A stretch of 64,000 nt of DNA from Macrostomum hystrix (lineage: Eukaryota > Animalia > Platyhelminthes). Position 1 is the stretch's first letter; every line of letters starts with the position of its first letter. This document shows, in pieces, positions 37,801 to 51,671 of the stretch. The position numbers and the translations under genes were made by a program. The notes beneath the pieces were generated by a model. The model was not told the DNA's origin, did no database searches, and was given only the letters and a program-made list of their open reading frames with translations. The DNA lies in NCBI GenBank assembly GCA_950097015.1, contig CATNEN010000039.1:9238001-9302000 (forward strand). The letters are read 5' to 3'.

Positions 37801-40800
37801 CTCTGACTCTTTAGATGTAGGTCCTCTGACTCATTAGATGTAGGTCCTCTGACTCTTTAGATGTAGGTCCTCTGACTCTTTAGATGTAGGTCCTCTGACT
37901 CTTTAGATGTAGGTCATCTGACTCTTTAGATGTGAGGTCCTCTGACTCTTTAGATGTAGGTCATCTGACTCATTAGATGTAGGTCCTCTGACTCTTTAGA
38001 TGTAGGTCCTCTGACTCTTTAGATGTAGGTCCTCTGACTCTTTAGATGTAGGTCATCTGACTCTTTAGATGTAGGTCCTCTGACTCTTTAGATGTGTTGT
38101 CCTCTGACTCTTTAGATGTAGGTCCTCTGACTCTTTAGATGTGTTGTCCTCTGACTCTTTAGATGTGTTGTCCTCTGACTCTTTAGATGTGTTGTCCTCT
38201 GACTCTTTAGATGTGTTGTCCTCTGACTCTTTAGATGTGTTGTCCTCTGACTCTTTAGATGTGTTGTCCTCTGACTCTTTAGATGTGTTGTCCTCTGACT
38301 CTTTAGATGTGTTGTCCTCTGACTCTTTAGATGTGTTGTCCTCTGACTCTTTAGATGTGTTGTCCTCTGACTCTTTAGATGTAGGTCATCTGACTCTTTA
38401 GATGTAGGTCCTCTGACTCTTTAGATGTAGGTCCTCTGACTCTTTAGATGTAGGTCCTCTGACTCTTTAGATGTAGGTCATCTGACTCTTTAGATGTGTT
38501 GTCCTCTGACTCTTTAGATGTAGGTCATCTGACTCTTTAGATGAGATGTCCTCTGACTCTTTAGATGTAGGTCCTCTGACTCTTTAGATGTAGGTCATCT
38601 GACTCTTTAGATGTAGGTCATCTGACTCTTTAGATGTGTGGTCCTCTGACTCATTAGATGTAGGTCCTCTGACTCTTTAGATGTAGGTCCTCTGACTCTT
38701 TAGATGAGATGTCCTCTGACTCTTTAGATGTGTGGTCCTCTGACTCATTAGATGTGAGGTCCTCTGACTCATTAGATGTAGGTCCTCTGACTCTTTAGAT
38801 ATGAGGTCCTCTGACTCTTTAGATGTGTGGTCCTCTGACTCTTTAGATGTAGGTCATCTGACTCTTTAGATGTGTTGTCCTCTGACTCTTTAGATGTAGG
38901 TCCTCTGACTCTTTAGATGTGTTGTCCTCTGACTCTTTAGATGTAGGTCCTCTGACTCTTTAGATGAGATGTCCTCTGACTCTTTAGATGTGTGGTCCTC
39001 TGACTCATTAGATGTAGATCCTCTGACTCTTTAGATGTGAGGTCCTCTGACTCTTTAGATGTAGGTCCTCTGACTCATTAGATGTAGGTCCTCTGACTCA
39101 TTAGATGTAGGTCCTCTGACTCTTTAGATGTAGGTCCTCTGACTCTTTAGATGTAGGTCCTCTGACTCTTTAGATGTAGGTCATCTGACTCTTTAGATGT
39201 AGGTCCTCTGACTCTTTAGATGTAGGTCATCTGACTCTTTAGATGTAGGTCATCTGACTCTTTAGATGTAGGTCATCTGACTCTTTAGATGTAGGTCCTC
39301 TGACTCTTTAGATGTAGGTCCTCTGACTCTTTAGATGTAGATCCTCTGACTCATTAGATGTGTGGTCCTCTGACTCATTAGATGTGAGGTGCTCTGACTC
39401 TTTAGATGTGTGGTCCTCTGACTCATTAGATGTAGGTCATCTGACTCTTTAGATGTAGATCCTCTGACTCTTTAGATGTAGATCCTCTGACTCTTTAGAT
39501 GTGTGGTCCTCTGACTCTTTAGATGTGTGGTCCTCTGACTCTTTAGATGTAGGTCCTCTGACTCTTTAGATGTGAGGTCCTCTGACTCATTAGATGTAGG
39601 TCATCTGACTCTTTAGATGTGTGGTCCTCTGACTCTTTAGATGTGTGGTCCTCTGACTCTTTAGATGTAGGTCCTCTGACTCTTTAGATGTGAGGTCCTC
39701 TGACTCTTTAGATGTGTGGTCCTCTGACTCTTTAGATGTAGGTCCTCTGACTCTTTAGATGTAGGTCATCTGACTCTTTAGATGTAGGTCATCTGACTCT
39801 TTAGATGTGTGGTCCTCTGACTCATTAGATGTAGGTCCTCTGACTCTTTAGATGTAGGTCCTCTGACTCTTTAGATGAGATGTCCTCTGACTCTTTAGAT
39901 GTAGGTCCTCTGACTCTTTAGATGTAGGTCATCTGACTCTTTAGATGTAGGTCATCTGACTCTTTAGATGTAGGTCCTCTGACTCTTTAGATGTAGGTCA
40001 TCTGACTCTTTAGATGTAGGTCATCTGACTCTTTAGATGTGTTGTCCTCTGACTCTTTAGATGTAGGTCCTCTGACTCTTTAGATGTGTTGTCCTCTGAC
40101 TCTTTAGATGTAGGTCCTCTGACTCTTTAGATGAGATGTCCTCTGACTCTTTAGATGTGTGGTCCTCTGACTCATTAGATGTAGATCCTCTGACTCTTTA
40201 GATGTGAGGTCCTCTGACTCTTTAGATGAGATGTCCTCTGACTCTTTAGATGTAGGTCCTCTGACTCTTTAGATGTAGGTCATCTGACTCTTTAGATGTA
40301 GGTCATCTGACTCTTTAGATGTGTGGTCCTCTGACTCATTAGATGTGAGGTCCTCTGACTCTTTAGATGTAGGTCATCTGACTCTTTAGATGTAGGTCCT
40401 CTGACTCTTTAGATGTGTTGTCCTCTGACTCTTTAGATGTAGGTCCTCTGACTCTTTAGATGTGTTGTCCTCTGACTCTTTAGATGTGTTGTCCTCTGAC
40501 TCTTTAGATGTGTTGTCCTCTGACTCTTTAGATGTGTTGTCCTCTGACTCTTTAGATGTGTTGTCCTCTGACTCTTTAGATGTGTTGTCCTCTGACTCTT
40601 TAGATGTGTTGTCCTCTGACTCTTTAGATGTGTTGTCCTCTGACTCTTTAGATGTAGGTCATCTGACTCTTTAGATGTAGGTCCTCTGACTCTTTAGATG
40701 TAGGTCCTCTGACTCTTTAGATGTAGGTCCTCTGACTCTTTAGATGTAGGTCATCTGACTCTTTAGATGTGTTGTCCTCTGACTCTTTAGATGTAGGTCA

Positions 40801-43800
40801 TCTGACTCTTTAGATGTGAGGTCCTCTGACTCTTTAGATGTGTTGTCCTCTGACTCTTTAGATGTAGGTCATCTGACTCTTTAGATGTGTTGTCCTCTGA
40901 CTCTTTAGATGTAGGTCCTCTGACTCTTTAGATGTGTTGTCCTCTGACTCTTTAGATGTAGGTCCTCTGACTCTTTAGATGAGATGTCCTCTGACTCTTT
41001 AGATGTGTGGTCCTCTGACTCATTAGATGTAGATCCTCTGACTCTTTAGATGTGAGGTCCTCTGACTCTTTAGATGTAGGTCCTCTGACTCATTAGATGT
41101 AGGTCCTCTGACTCATTTGATGTAGGTCCTCTGACTCTTTAGATGTAGGTCCTCTGACTCTTTAGATGTAGGTCCTCTGACTCTTTAGATGTGAGGTCCT
41201 CTGACTCATTAGATGTAGGTCATCTGACTCTTTAGATGTGTGGTCCTCTGACTCTTTAGATGTGTGGTCCTCTGACTCTTTAGATGTAGGTCCTCTGACT
41301 CTTTAGATGTGAGGTCCTCTGACTCTTTAGATGTGTGGTCCTCTGACTCTTTAGATGTAGGTCCTCTGACTCTTTAGATGTAGGTCATCTGACTCTTTAG
41401 ATGTAGGTCATCTGACTCTTTAGATGTGTGGTCCTCTGACTCATTAGATGTAGGTCCTCTGACTCTTTAGATGTAGGTCCTCTGACTCTTTAGATGTAGG
41501 TCATCTGACTCTTTAGATGTAGGTCCTCTGACTCTTTAGATGTGTTGTCCTCTGACTCTTTAGATGTAGGTCCTCTGACTCTTTAGATGTGTTGTCCTCT
41601 GACTCTTTAGATGTGTTGTCCTCTGACTCTTTAGATGTGTTGTCCTCTGACTCTTTAGATGTGTTGTCCTCTGACTCTTTAGATGTGTTGTCCTCTGACT
41701 CTTTAGATGTGTTGTCCTCTGACTCTTTAGATGTGTTGTCCTCTGACTCTTTAGATGTGTTGTCCTCTGACTCTTTAGATGTAGGTCATCTGACTCTTTA
41801 GATGTAGGTCCTCTGACTCTTTAGATGTAGGTCCTCTGACTCTTTAGATGTAGGTCCTCTGACTCTTTAGATGTAGGTCATCTGACTCTTTAGATGTGTT
41901 GTCCTCTGACTCTTTAGATGTAGGTCATCTGACTCTTTAGATGAGATGTCCTCTGACTCTTTAGATGTAGGTCCTCTGACTCTTTAGATGTAGGTCATCT
42001 GACTCTTTAGATGTAGGTCATCTGACTCTTTAGATGTGTGGTCCTCTGACTCATTAGATGTAGGTCCTCTGACTCTTTAGATGTAGGTCCTCTGACTCTT
42101 TAGATGAGATGTCCTCTGACTCTTTAGATGTGTGGTCCTCTGACTCATTAGATGTGAGGTCCTCTGACTCATTAGATGTAGGTCCTCTGACTCTTTAGAT
42201 ATGAGGTCCTCTGACTCTTTAGATGTGTGGTCCTCTGACTCTTTAGATGTAGGTCATCTGACTCTTTAGATGTGTTGTCCTCTGACTCTTTAGATGTAGG
42301 TCCTCTGACTCTTTAGATGTGTTGTCCTCTGACTCTTTAGATGTAGGTCCTCTGACTCTTTAGATGAGATGTCCTCTGACTCTTTAGATGTGTGGTCCTC
42401 TGACTCATTAGATGTAGATCCTCTGACTCTTTAGATGTGAGGTCCTCTGACTCTTTAGATGTAGGTCCTCTGACTCATTAGATGTAGGTCCTCTGACTCA
42501 TTAGATGTAGGTCCTCTGACTCTTTAGATGTAGGTCCTCTGACTCTTTAGATGTAGGTCCTCTGACTCTTTAGATGTAGGTCATCTGACTCTTTAGATGT
42601 AGGTCCTCTGACTCTTTAGATGTAGGTCATCTGACTCTTTAGATGTAGGTCATCTGACTCTTTAGATGTAGGTCATCTGACTCTTTAGATGTAGGTCCTC
42701 TGACTCTTTAGATGTAGGTCCTCTGACTCTTTAGATGTAGATCCTCTGACTCATTAGATGTGTGGTCCTCTGACTCATTAGATGTGAGGTGCTCTGACTC
42801 TTTAGATGTGTGGTCCTCTGACTCATTAGATGTAGGTCATCTGACTCTTTAGATGTAGATCCTCTGACTCTTTAGATGTAGATCCTCTGACTCTTTAGAT
42901 GTGTGGTCCTCTGACTCTTTAGATGTGTGGTCCTCTGACTCTTTAGATGTAGGTCCTCTGACTCTTTAGATGTGAGGTCCTCTGACTCATTAGATGTAGG
43001 TCATCTGACTCTTTAGATGTGTGGTCCTCTGACTCTTTAGATGTGTGGTCCTCTGACTCTTTAGATGTAGGTCCTCTGACTCTTTAGATGTGAGGTCCTC
43101 TGACTCTTTAGATGTGTGGTCCTCTGACTCTTTAGATGTAGGTCCTCTGACTCTTTAGATGTAGGTCATCTGACTCTTTAGATGTAGGTCATCTGACTCT
43201 TTAGATGTGTGGTCCTCTGACTCATTAGATGTAGGTCCTCTGACTCTTTAGATGTAGGTCCTCTGACTCTTTAGATGAGATGTCCTCTGACTCTTTAGAT
43301 GTAGGTCCTCTGACTCTTTAGATGTAGGTCATCTGACTCTTTAGATGTAGGTCATCTGACTCTTTAGATGTATGGTCCTCTGACTCATTAGATGTAGGTC
43401 CTCTGACTCTTTAGATGTAGGTCATCTGACTCTTTAGATGTGTTGTCCTCTGACTCTTTAGATGTAGGTCCTCTGACTCTTTAGATGTGTTGTCCTCTGA
43501 CTCTTTAGATGTAGGTCCTCTGACTCTTTAGATGAGATGTCCTCTGACTCTTTAGATGTGTGGTCCTCTGACTCATTAGATGTAGATCCTCTGACTCTTT
43601 AGATGTGAGGTCCTCTGACTCTTTAGATGAGATGTCCTCTGACTCTTTAGATGTAGGTCCTCTGACTCTTTAGATGTAGGTCATCTGACTCTTTAGATGT
43701 AGGTCATCTGACTCTTTAGATGTGTGGTCCTCTGACTCATTAGATGTGAGGTCCTCTGACTCTTTAGATGTAGGTCATCTGACTCTTTAGATGTAGGTCC

Positions 43801-46800
43801 TCTGACTCTTTAGATGTGTTGTCCTCTGACTCTTTAGATGTAGGTCATCTGACTCTTTAGATGTAGGTCCTCTGACTCTTTAGATGTAGGTCCTCTGACT
43901 CTTTAGATGTAGGTCCTCTGACTCTTTAGATGTAGGTCATCTGACTCTTTAGATGAGATGTCCTCTGACTCTTTAGATGTAGGTCATCTGACTCTTTAGA
44001 TGAGATGTCCTCTGACTCTTTAGATGTAGGTCCTCTGACTCTTTAGATGTAGGTCATCTGACTCTTTAGATGTAGGTCATCTGACTCTTTAGATGTGTGG
44101 TCCTCTGACTCATTAGATGTAGGTCCTCTGACTCTTTAGATGTAGGTCCTCTGACTCTTTAGATGAGATGTCCTCTGACTCTTTAGATGTGTGGTCCTCT
44201 GACTCATTAGATGTGAGGTCCTCTGACTCATTAGATGTAGGTCCTCTGACTCTTTAGATATGAGGTCCTCTGACTCTTTAGATGTAGGTCCTCTGACTCT
44301 TTAGATGTAGGTCATCTGACTCTTTAGATGTGTTGTCCTCTGACTCTTTAGATGTAGGTCATCTGACTCTTTAGATGAGATGTCCTCTGACTCTTTAGAT
44401 GTAGGTCCTCTGACTCTTTAGATGTAGGTCATCTGACTCTTTAGATGTAGGTCATCTGACTCTTTAGATGTGTGGTCCTCTGACTCATTAGATGTAGGTC
44501 CTCTGACTCTTTAGATGTAGGTCCTCTGACTCTTTAGATGAGATGTCCTCTGACTCTTTAGATGTGTGGTCCTCTGACTCATTAGATGTGAGGTCCTCTG
44601 ACTCATTAGATGTAGGTCCTCTGACTCTTTAGATATGAGGTCCTCTGACTCTTTAGATGTGTGGTCCTCTGACTCTTTAGATGTAGGTCATCTGACTCTT
44701 TAGATGTGTTGTCCTCTGACTCTTTAGATGTAGGTCCTCTGACTCTTTAGATGTGTTGTCCTCTGACTCTTTAGATGTAGGTCCTCTGACTCTTTAGATG
44801 AGATGTCCTCTGACTCTTTAGATGTGTGGTCCTCTGACTCATTAGATGTAGATCCTCTGACTCTTTAGATGTGAGGTCCTCTGACTCTTTAGATGTAGGT
44901 CCTCTGACTCATTAGATGTAGGTCCTCTGACTCATTAGATGTAGGTCCTCTGACTCTTTAGATGTGTTGTCCTCTGACTCTTTAGATGTAGGTCCTCTGA
45001 CTCTTTAGATGTGTTGTCCTCTGACTCTTTAGATGTAGGTCCTCTGACTCTTTAGATGAGATGTCCTCTGACTCTTTAGATGTGTGGTCCTCTGACTCAT
45101 TAGATGTAGATCCTCTGACTCTTTAGATGTGAGGTCCTCTGACTCTTTAGATGTAGGTCCTCTGACTCATTAGATGTAGGTCCTCTGACTCATTAGATGT
45201 AGGTCCTCTGACTCTTTAGATGTAGGTCCTCTGACTCTTTAGATGTAGGTCCTCTGACTCTTTAGATGTAGGTCATCTGACTCTTTAGATGTAGGTCCTC
45301 TGACTCTTTAGATGTAGGTCATCTGACTCTTTAGATGTAGGTCATCTGACTCTTTAGATGTAGGTCATCTGACTCTTTAGATGTAGGTCCTCTGACTCTT
45401 TAGATGTAGGTCCTCTGACTCTTTAGATGTAGATCCTCTGACTCATTAGATGTGTGGTCCTCTGACTCATTAGATGTGAGGTGCTCTGACTCTTTAGATG
45501 TGTGGTCCTCTGACTCATTAGATGTAGGTCATCTGACTCTTTAGATGTAGATCCTCTGACTCTTTAGATGTAGATCCTCTGACTCTTTAGATGTGTGGTC
45601 CTCTGACTCTTTAGATGTGTGGTCCTCTGACTCTTTAGATGTAGGTCCTCTGACTCTTTAGATGTGAGGTCCTCTGACTCATTAGATGTAGGTCATCTGA
45701 CTCTTTAGATGTGTGGTCCTCTGACTCTTTAGATGTGTGGTCCTCTGACTCTTTAGATGTAGGTCCTCTGACTCTTTAGATGTGAGGTCCTCTGACTCTT
45801 TAGATGTGTGGTCCTCTGACTCTTTAGATGTAGGTCCTCTGACTCTTTAGATGTAGGTCATCTGACTCTTTAGATGTAGGTCATCTGACTCTTTAGATGT
45901 GTGGTCCTCTGACTCATTAGATGTAGGTCCTCTGACTCTTTAGATGTAGGTCCTCTGACTCTTTAGATGAGATGTCCTCTGACTCTTTAGATGTAGGTCC
46001 TCTGACTCTTTAGATGTAGGTCATCTGACTCTTTAGATGTAGGTCATCTGACTCTTTAGATGTATGGTCCTCTGACTCATTAGATGTAGGTCCTCTGACT
46101 CTTTAGATGTAGGTCATCTGACTCTTTAGATGTGTTGTCCTCTGACTCTTTAGATGTAGGTCCTCTGACTCTTTAGATGTGTTGTCCTCTGACTCTTTAG
46201 ATGTAGGTCCTCTGACTCTTTAGATGAGATGTCCTCTGACTCTTTAGATGTGTGGTCCTCTGACTCATTAGATGTAGATCCTCTGACTCTTTAGATGTGA
46301 GGTCCTCTGACTCTTTAGATGAGATGTCCTCTGACTCTTTAGATGTAGGTCCTCTGACTCTTTAGATGTAGGTCATCTGACTCTTTAGATGTAGGTCATC
46401 TGACTCTTTAGATGTGTGGTCCTCTGACTCATTAGATGTGAGGTCCTCTGACTCTTTAGATGTAGGTCATCTGACTCTTTAGATGTAGGTCCTCTGACTC
46501 TTTAGATGTGTTGTCCTCTGACTCTTTAGATGTAGGTCATCTGACTCTTTAGATGTAGGTCCTCTGACTCTTTAGATGTAGGTCCTCTGACTCTTTAGAT
46601 GTAGGTCCTCTGACTCTTTAGATGTAGGTCATCTGACTCTTTAGATGAGATGTCCTCTGACTCTTTAGATGTAGGTCATATGACTCTTTAGATGAGATGT
46701 CCTCTGACTCTTTAGATGTAGGTCCTCTGACTCTTTAGATGTAGGTCATCTGACTCTTTAGATGTAGGTCATCTGACTCTTTAGATGTGTGGTCCTCTGA

Positions 46801-49800
46801 CTCATTAGATGTAGGTCCTCTGACTCTTTAGATGTAGGTCCTCTGACTCTTTAGATGAGATGTCCTCTGACTCTTTAGATGTGTGGTCCTCTGACTCATT
46901 AGATGTGAGGTCCTCTGACTCATTAGATGTAGGTCCTCTGACTCTTTAGATATGAGGTCCTCTGACTCTTTAGATGTAGGTCCTCTGACTCTTTAGATGT
47001 AGGTCATCTGACTCTTTAGATGTGTTGTCCTCTGACTCTTTAGATGTAGGTCATCTGACTCTTTAGATGAGATGTCCTCTGACTCTTTAGATGTAGGTCC
47101 TCTGACTCTTTAGATGTAGGTCATCTGACTCTTTAGATGTAGGTCATCTGACTCTTTAGATGTGTGGTCCTCTGACTCATTAGATGTAGGTCCTCTGACT
47201 CTTTAGATGTAGGTCCTCTGACTCTTTAGATGAGATGTCCTCTGACTCTTTAGATGTGTGGTCCTCTGACTCATTAGATGTGAGGTCCTCTGACTCATTA
47301 GATGTAGGTCCTCTGACTCTTTAGATATGAGGTCCTCTGACTCTTTAGATGTGTGGTCCTCTGACTCTTTAGATGTAGGTCATCTGACTCTTTAGATGTG
47401 TTGTCCTCTGACTCTTTAGATGTAGGTCCTCTGACTCTTTAGATGTGTTGTCCTCTGACTCTTTAGATGTAGGTCCTCTGACTCTTTAGATGAGATGTCC
47501 TCTGACTCTTTAGATGTGTGGTCCTCTGACTCATTAGATGTAGATCCTCTGACTCTTTAGATGTGAGGTCCTCTGACTCTTTAGATGTAGGTCCTCTGAC
47601 TCATTAGATGTAGGTCCTCTGACTCATTAGATGTAGGTCCTCTGACTCTTTAGATGTAGGTCCTCTGACTCTTTAGATGTAGGTCCTCTGACTCTTTAGA
47701 TGTAGGTCATCTGACTCTTTAGATGTAGGTCCTCTGACTCTTTAGATGTAGGTCATCTGACTCTTTAGATGTAGGTCATCTGACTCTTTAGATGTAGGTC
47801 ATCTGACTCTTTAGATGTAGGTCCTCTGACTCTTTAGATGTAGGTCCTCTGACTCTTTAGATGTAGATCCTCTGACTCATTAGATGTGTGGTCCTCTGAC
47901 TCATTAGATGTGAGGTGCTCTGACTCTTTAGATGTGTGGTCCTCTGACTCATTAGATGTAGGTCATCTGACTCTTTAGATGTAGATCCTCTGACTCTTTA
48001 GATGTAGATCCTCTGACTCTTTAGATGTGTGGTCCTCTGACTCTTTAGATGTGTGGTCCTCTGACTCTTTAGATGTAGGTCCTCTGACTCTTTAGATGTG
48101 AGGTCCTCTGACTCATTAGATGTAGGTCATCTGACTCTTTAGATGTGTGGTCCTCTGACTCTTTAGATGTGTGGTCCTCTGACTCTTTAGATGTAGGTCC
48201 TCTGACTCTTTAGATGTGAGGTCCTCTGACTCTTTAGATGTGTGGTCCTCTGACTCTTTAGATGTAGGTCCTCTGACTCTTTAGATGTAGGTCATCTGAC
48301 TCTTTAGATGTAGGTCATCTGACTCTTTAGATGTGTGGTCCTCTGACTCATTAGATGTAGGTCCTCTGACTCTTTAGATGTAGGTCCTCTGACTCTTTAG
48401 ATGAGATGTCCTCTGACTCTTTAGATGTAGGTCCTCTGACTCTTTAGATGTAGGTCATCTGACTCTTTAGATGTAGGTCATCTGACTCTTTAGATGTGTG
48501 GTCCTCTGACTCATTAGATGTAGGTCCTCTGACTCTTTAGATGTAGGTCATCTGACTCTTTAGATGTGTTGTCCTCTGACTCTTTAGATGTAGGTCCTCT
48601 GACTCTTTAGATGTGTTGTCCTCTGACTCTTTAGATGTAGGTCCTCTGACTCTTTAGATGAGATGTCCTCTGACTCTTTAGATGTGTGGTCCTCTGACTC
48701 ATTAGATGTAGATCCTCTGACTCTTTAGATGTGAGGTCCTCTGACTCTTTAGATGAGATGTCCTCTGACTCTTTAGATGTAGGTCCTCTGACTCTTTAGA
48801 TGTAGGTCATCTGACTCTTTAGATGTAGGTCATCTGACTCTTTAGATGTGTGGTCCTCTGACTCATTAGATGTGAGGTCCTCTGACTCTTTAGATGTAGG
48901 TCATCTGACTCTTTAGATGTAGGTCCTCTGACTCTTTAGATGTGTTGTCCTCTGACTCTTTAGATGTAGGTCATCTGACTCTTTAGATGTAGGTCCTCTG
49001 ACTCTTTAGATGTAGGTCCTCTGACTCTTTAGATGTAGGTCCTCTGACTCTTTAGATGTAGGTCATCTGACTCTTTAGATGTGTTGTCCTCTGACTCTTT
49101 AGATGTAGGTCATCTGACTCTTTAGATGAGATGTCCTCTGACTCTTTAGATGTAGGTCCTCTGACTCTTTAGATGTAGGTCATCTGACTCTTTAGATGTA
49201 GGTCATCTGACTCTTTAGATGTGTGGTCCTCTGACTCATTAGATGTAGGTCCTCTGACTCTTTAGATGTAGGTCCTCTGACTCTTTAGATGAGATGTCCT
49301 CTGACTCTTTAGATGTGTGGTCCTCTGACTCATTAGATGTGAGGTCCTCTGACTCATTAGATGTAGGTCCTCTGACTCTTTAGATATGAGGTCCTCTGAC
49401 TCTTTAGATGTGTGGTCCTCTGACTCTTTAGATGTAGGTCATCTGACTCTTTAGATGTGTTGTCCTCTGACTCTTTAGATGTAGGTCCTCTGACTCTTTA
49501 GATGTGTTGTCCTCTGACTCTTTAGATGTGTTGTCCTCTGACTCTTTAGATGTGTTGTCCTCTGACTCTTTAGATGTGTTGTCCTCTGACTCTTTAGATG
49601 TGTTGTCCTCTGACTCTTTAGATGTAGGTCATCTGACTCTTTAGATGTAGGTCCTCTGACTCTTTAGATGTAGGTCCTCTGACTCTTTAGATGTAGGTCC
49701 TCTGACTCTTTAGATGTAGGTCATCTGACTCTTTAGATGTGTTGTCCTCTGACTCTTTAGATGTAGGTCATCTGACTCTTTAGATGTGAGGTCCTCTGAC

Positions 49801-51158
49801 TCTTTAGATGTGTTGTCCTCTGACTCTTTAGATGTAGGTCATCTGACTCTTTAGATGTGTTGTCCTCTGACTCTTTAGATGTAGGTCCTCTGACTCTTTA
49901 GATGTGTTGTCCTCTGACTCTTTAGATGTAGGTCCTCTGACTCTTTAGATGAGATGTCCTCTGACTCTTTAGATGTGTGGTCCTCTGACTCATTAGATGT
50001 AGATCCTCTGACTCTTTAGATGTGAGGTCCTCTGACTCTTTAGATGTAGGTCCTCTGACTCATTAGATGTAGGTCCTCTGACTCATTAGATGTAGGTCCT
50101 CTGACTCTTTAGATGTAGGTCCTCTGACTCTTTAGATGTAGGTCCTCTGACTCTTTAGATGTAGGTCATCTGACTCTTTAGATGTAGGTCCTCTGACTCT
50201 TTAGATGTAGGTCATCTGACTCTTTAGATGTAGGTCATCTGACTCTTTAGATGTAGGTCATCTGACTTTTTAGATGTAGGTCCTCTGACTCTTTAGATGT
50301 AGGTCCTCTGACTCTTTAGATGTAGATCCTCTGACTCATTAGATGTGTGGTCCTCTGACTCATTAGATGTGAGGTCCTCTGACTCTTTAGATGTGTGGTC
50401 CTCTGACTCATTAGATGTAGGTCATCTGACTCTTTAGATGTAGATCCTCTGACTCTTTAGATGTAGATCCTCTGACTCTTTAGATGTGTGGTCCTCTGAC
50501 TCTTTAGATGTGTGGTCCTCTGACTCTTTAGATGTAGGTCCTCTGACTCTTTAGATGTGAGGTCCTCTGACTCATTAGATGTAGGTCATCTGACTCTTTA
50601 GATGTGTGGTCCTCTGACTCTTTAGATGTGTGGTCCTCTGACTCTTTAGATGTAGGTCCTCTGACTCTTTAGATGTGAGGTCCTCTGACTCTTTAGATGT
50701 GTGGTCCTCTGACTCTTTAGATGTAGGTCCTCTGACTCTTTAGATGTAGGTCATCTGACTCTTTAGATGTAGGTCATCTGACTCTTTAGATGTGTGGTCC
50801 TCTGACTCATTAGATGTAGGTCCTCTGACTCTTTAGATGTAGGTCCTCTGACTCTTTAGATGAGATGTCCTCTGACTCTTTAGATGTAGGTCCTCTGACT
50901 CTTTAGATGTAGGTCATCTGACTCTTTAGATGTAGGTCATCTGACTCTTTAGATGTGTGGTCCTCTGACTCATTAGATGTAGGTCCTCTGACTCTTTAGA
51001 TGTAGGTCCTCTGACTCTTTAGATGAGATGTCCTCTGACTCTTTAGATGTGTGGTCCTCTGACTCATTAGATGTGAGGTCCTCTGACTCTTTAGATATGA
51101 GGTCCTCTGACTCTTTAGATGTGTGGTCCTCTGACTCTTTAGATGTTTGGTCCTCTGA
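28868..51158. repeat. 22.3-kb intronic minisatellite, ~950 units of 23/24 bp (ctctgactctttagat-[gtag/gtgtt/gtgtg/gtgag/gagat]-gtc) with higher-order duplications
   Basis: Continuous array. Rare variants recur at spacings of 2905, 1265, 4032 and 2692 bp. Confidence 0.98.
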
Positions 51159-51273
51159 AATATTGACCACGAGACGACCATCAGATTCACAAAAGCCCAT
51201 TCATTTCATCCAACAACCGACCCTGACCTAAATTTCCTAATCCATTAACTCACTAATCCTCTCTCCATCGCAG

Positions 51274-51483
51274 CGAATTATCGCCAACGGCCATCATCAC
51301 CCGGGTCAACTGCCTGTCACTATCCAACGCCTCAGCTTGCCTGCCACTACTGTCACGTATCAGCAACAGCAGCAGCAGCAGCAGCAGCTTTATAACCAGC
51401 AGCAACAGCAGCTGCAGCAGCAACAGCAGCTGCAGCAGCAGCAGCAGCATCGCATTAATAATCAATCGCAGCAGCTTATGTAG
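51274..51483 (+). CDS. MED25: MED25-like terminal exon 7 (poly-Q, TAG stop); whole protein ~686 aa
   Basis: Branch point cactaat, pyrimidine tract, then cgcag|RIIANGHHHPGQLPVTIQRLSLPATTVTYQQQQ...QQLM*. Phase matches exon 6. Confidence 0.65.
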   Translation, partial: RIIANGHHHPGQLPVTIQRLSLPATTVTYQQQQQQQQQLYNQQQQQLQQQQQLQQQQQHRINNQSQQLM

Positions 51484-51671
51484 CACTCACAGTGGGGCTG
51501 CTAGTGCTTCACTTAAATCAGTGTACTGCAAAAAATTAAATTAAAAAATTAACACCTTGAACTTCGGTGCCAATATCACATTAATAAATCAACTTATTTT
51601 GCCCCTTTGCTGCTTTTACCGTTCTGCCTTTGCTTGCCCACTGACAGAAAATAATAATAGCGGCTATCCTC

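Noticed and set aside
28868-51158. CRISPR-like array, or a coding repeat (LSSDSLDV ORFs)
   Set aside because: The variable parts are 4-5 nt drawn from a few recurring states, not unique spacers. There are no cas genes and the context is a eukaryotic intron. ORFs arise only in runs of 24-bp units.
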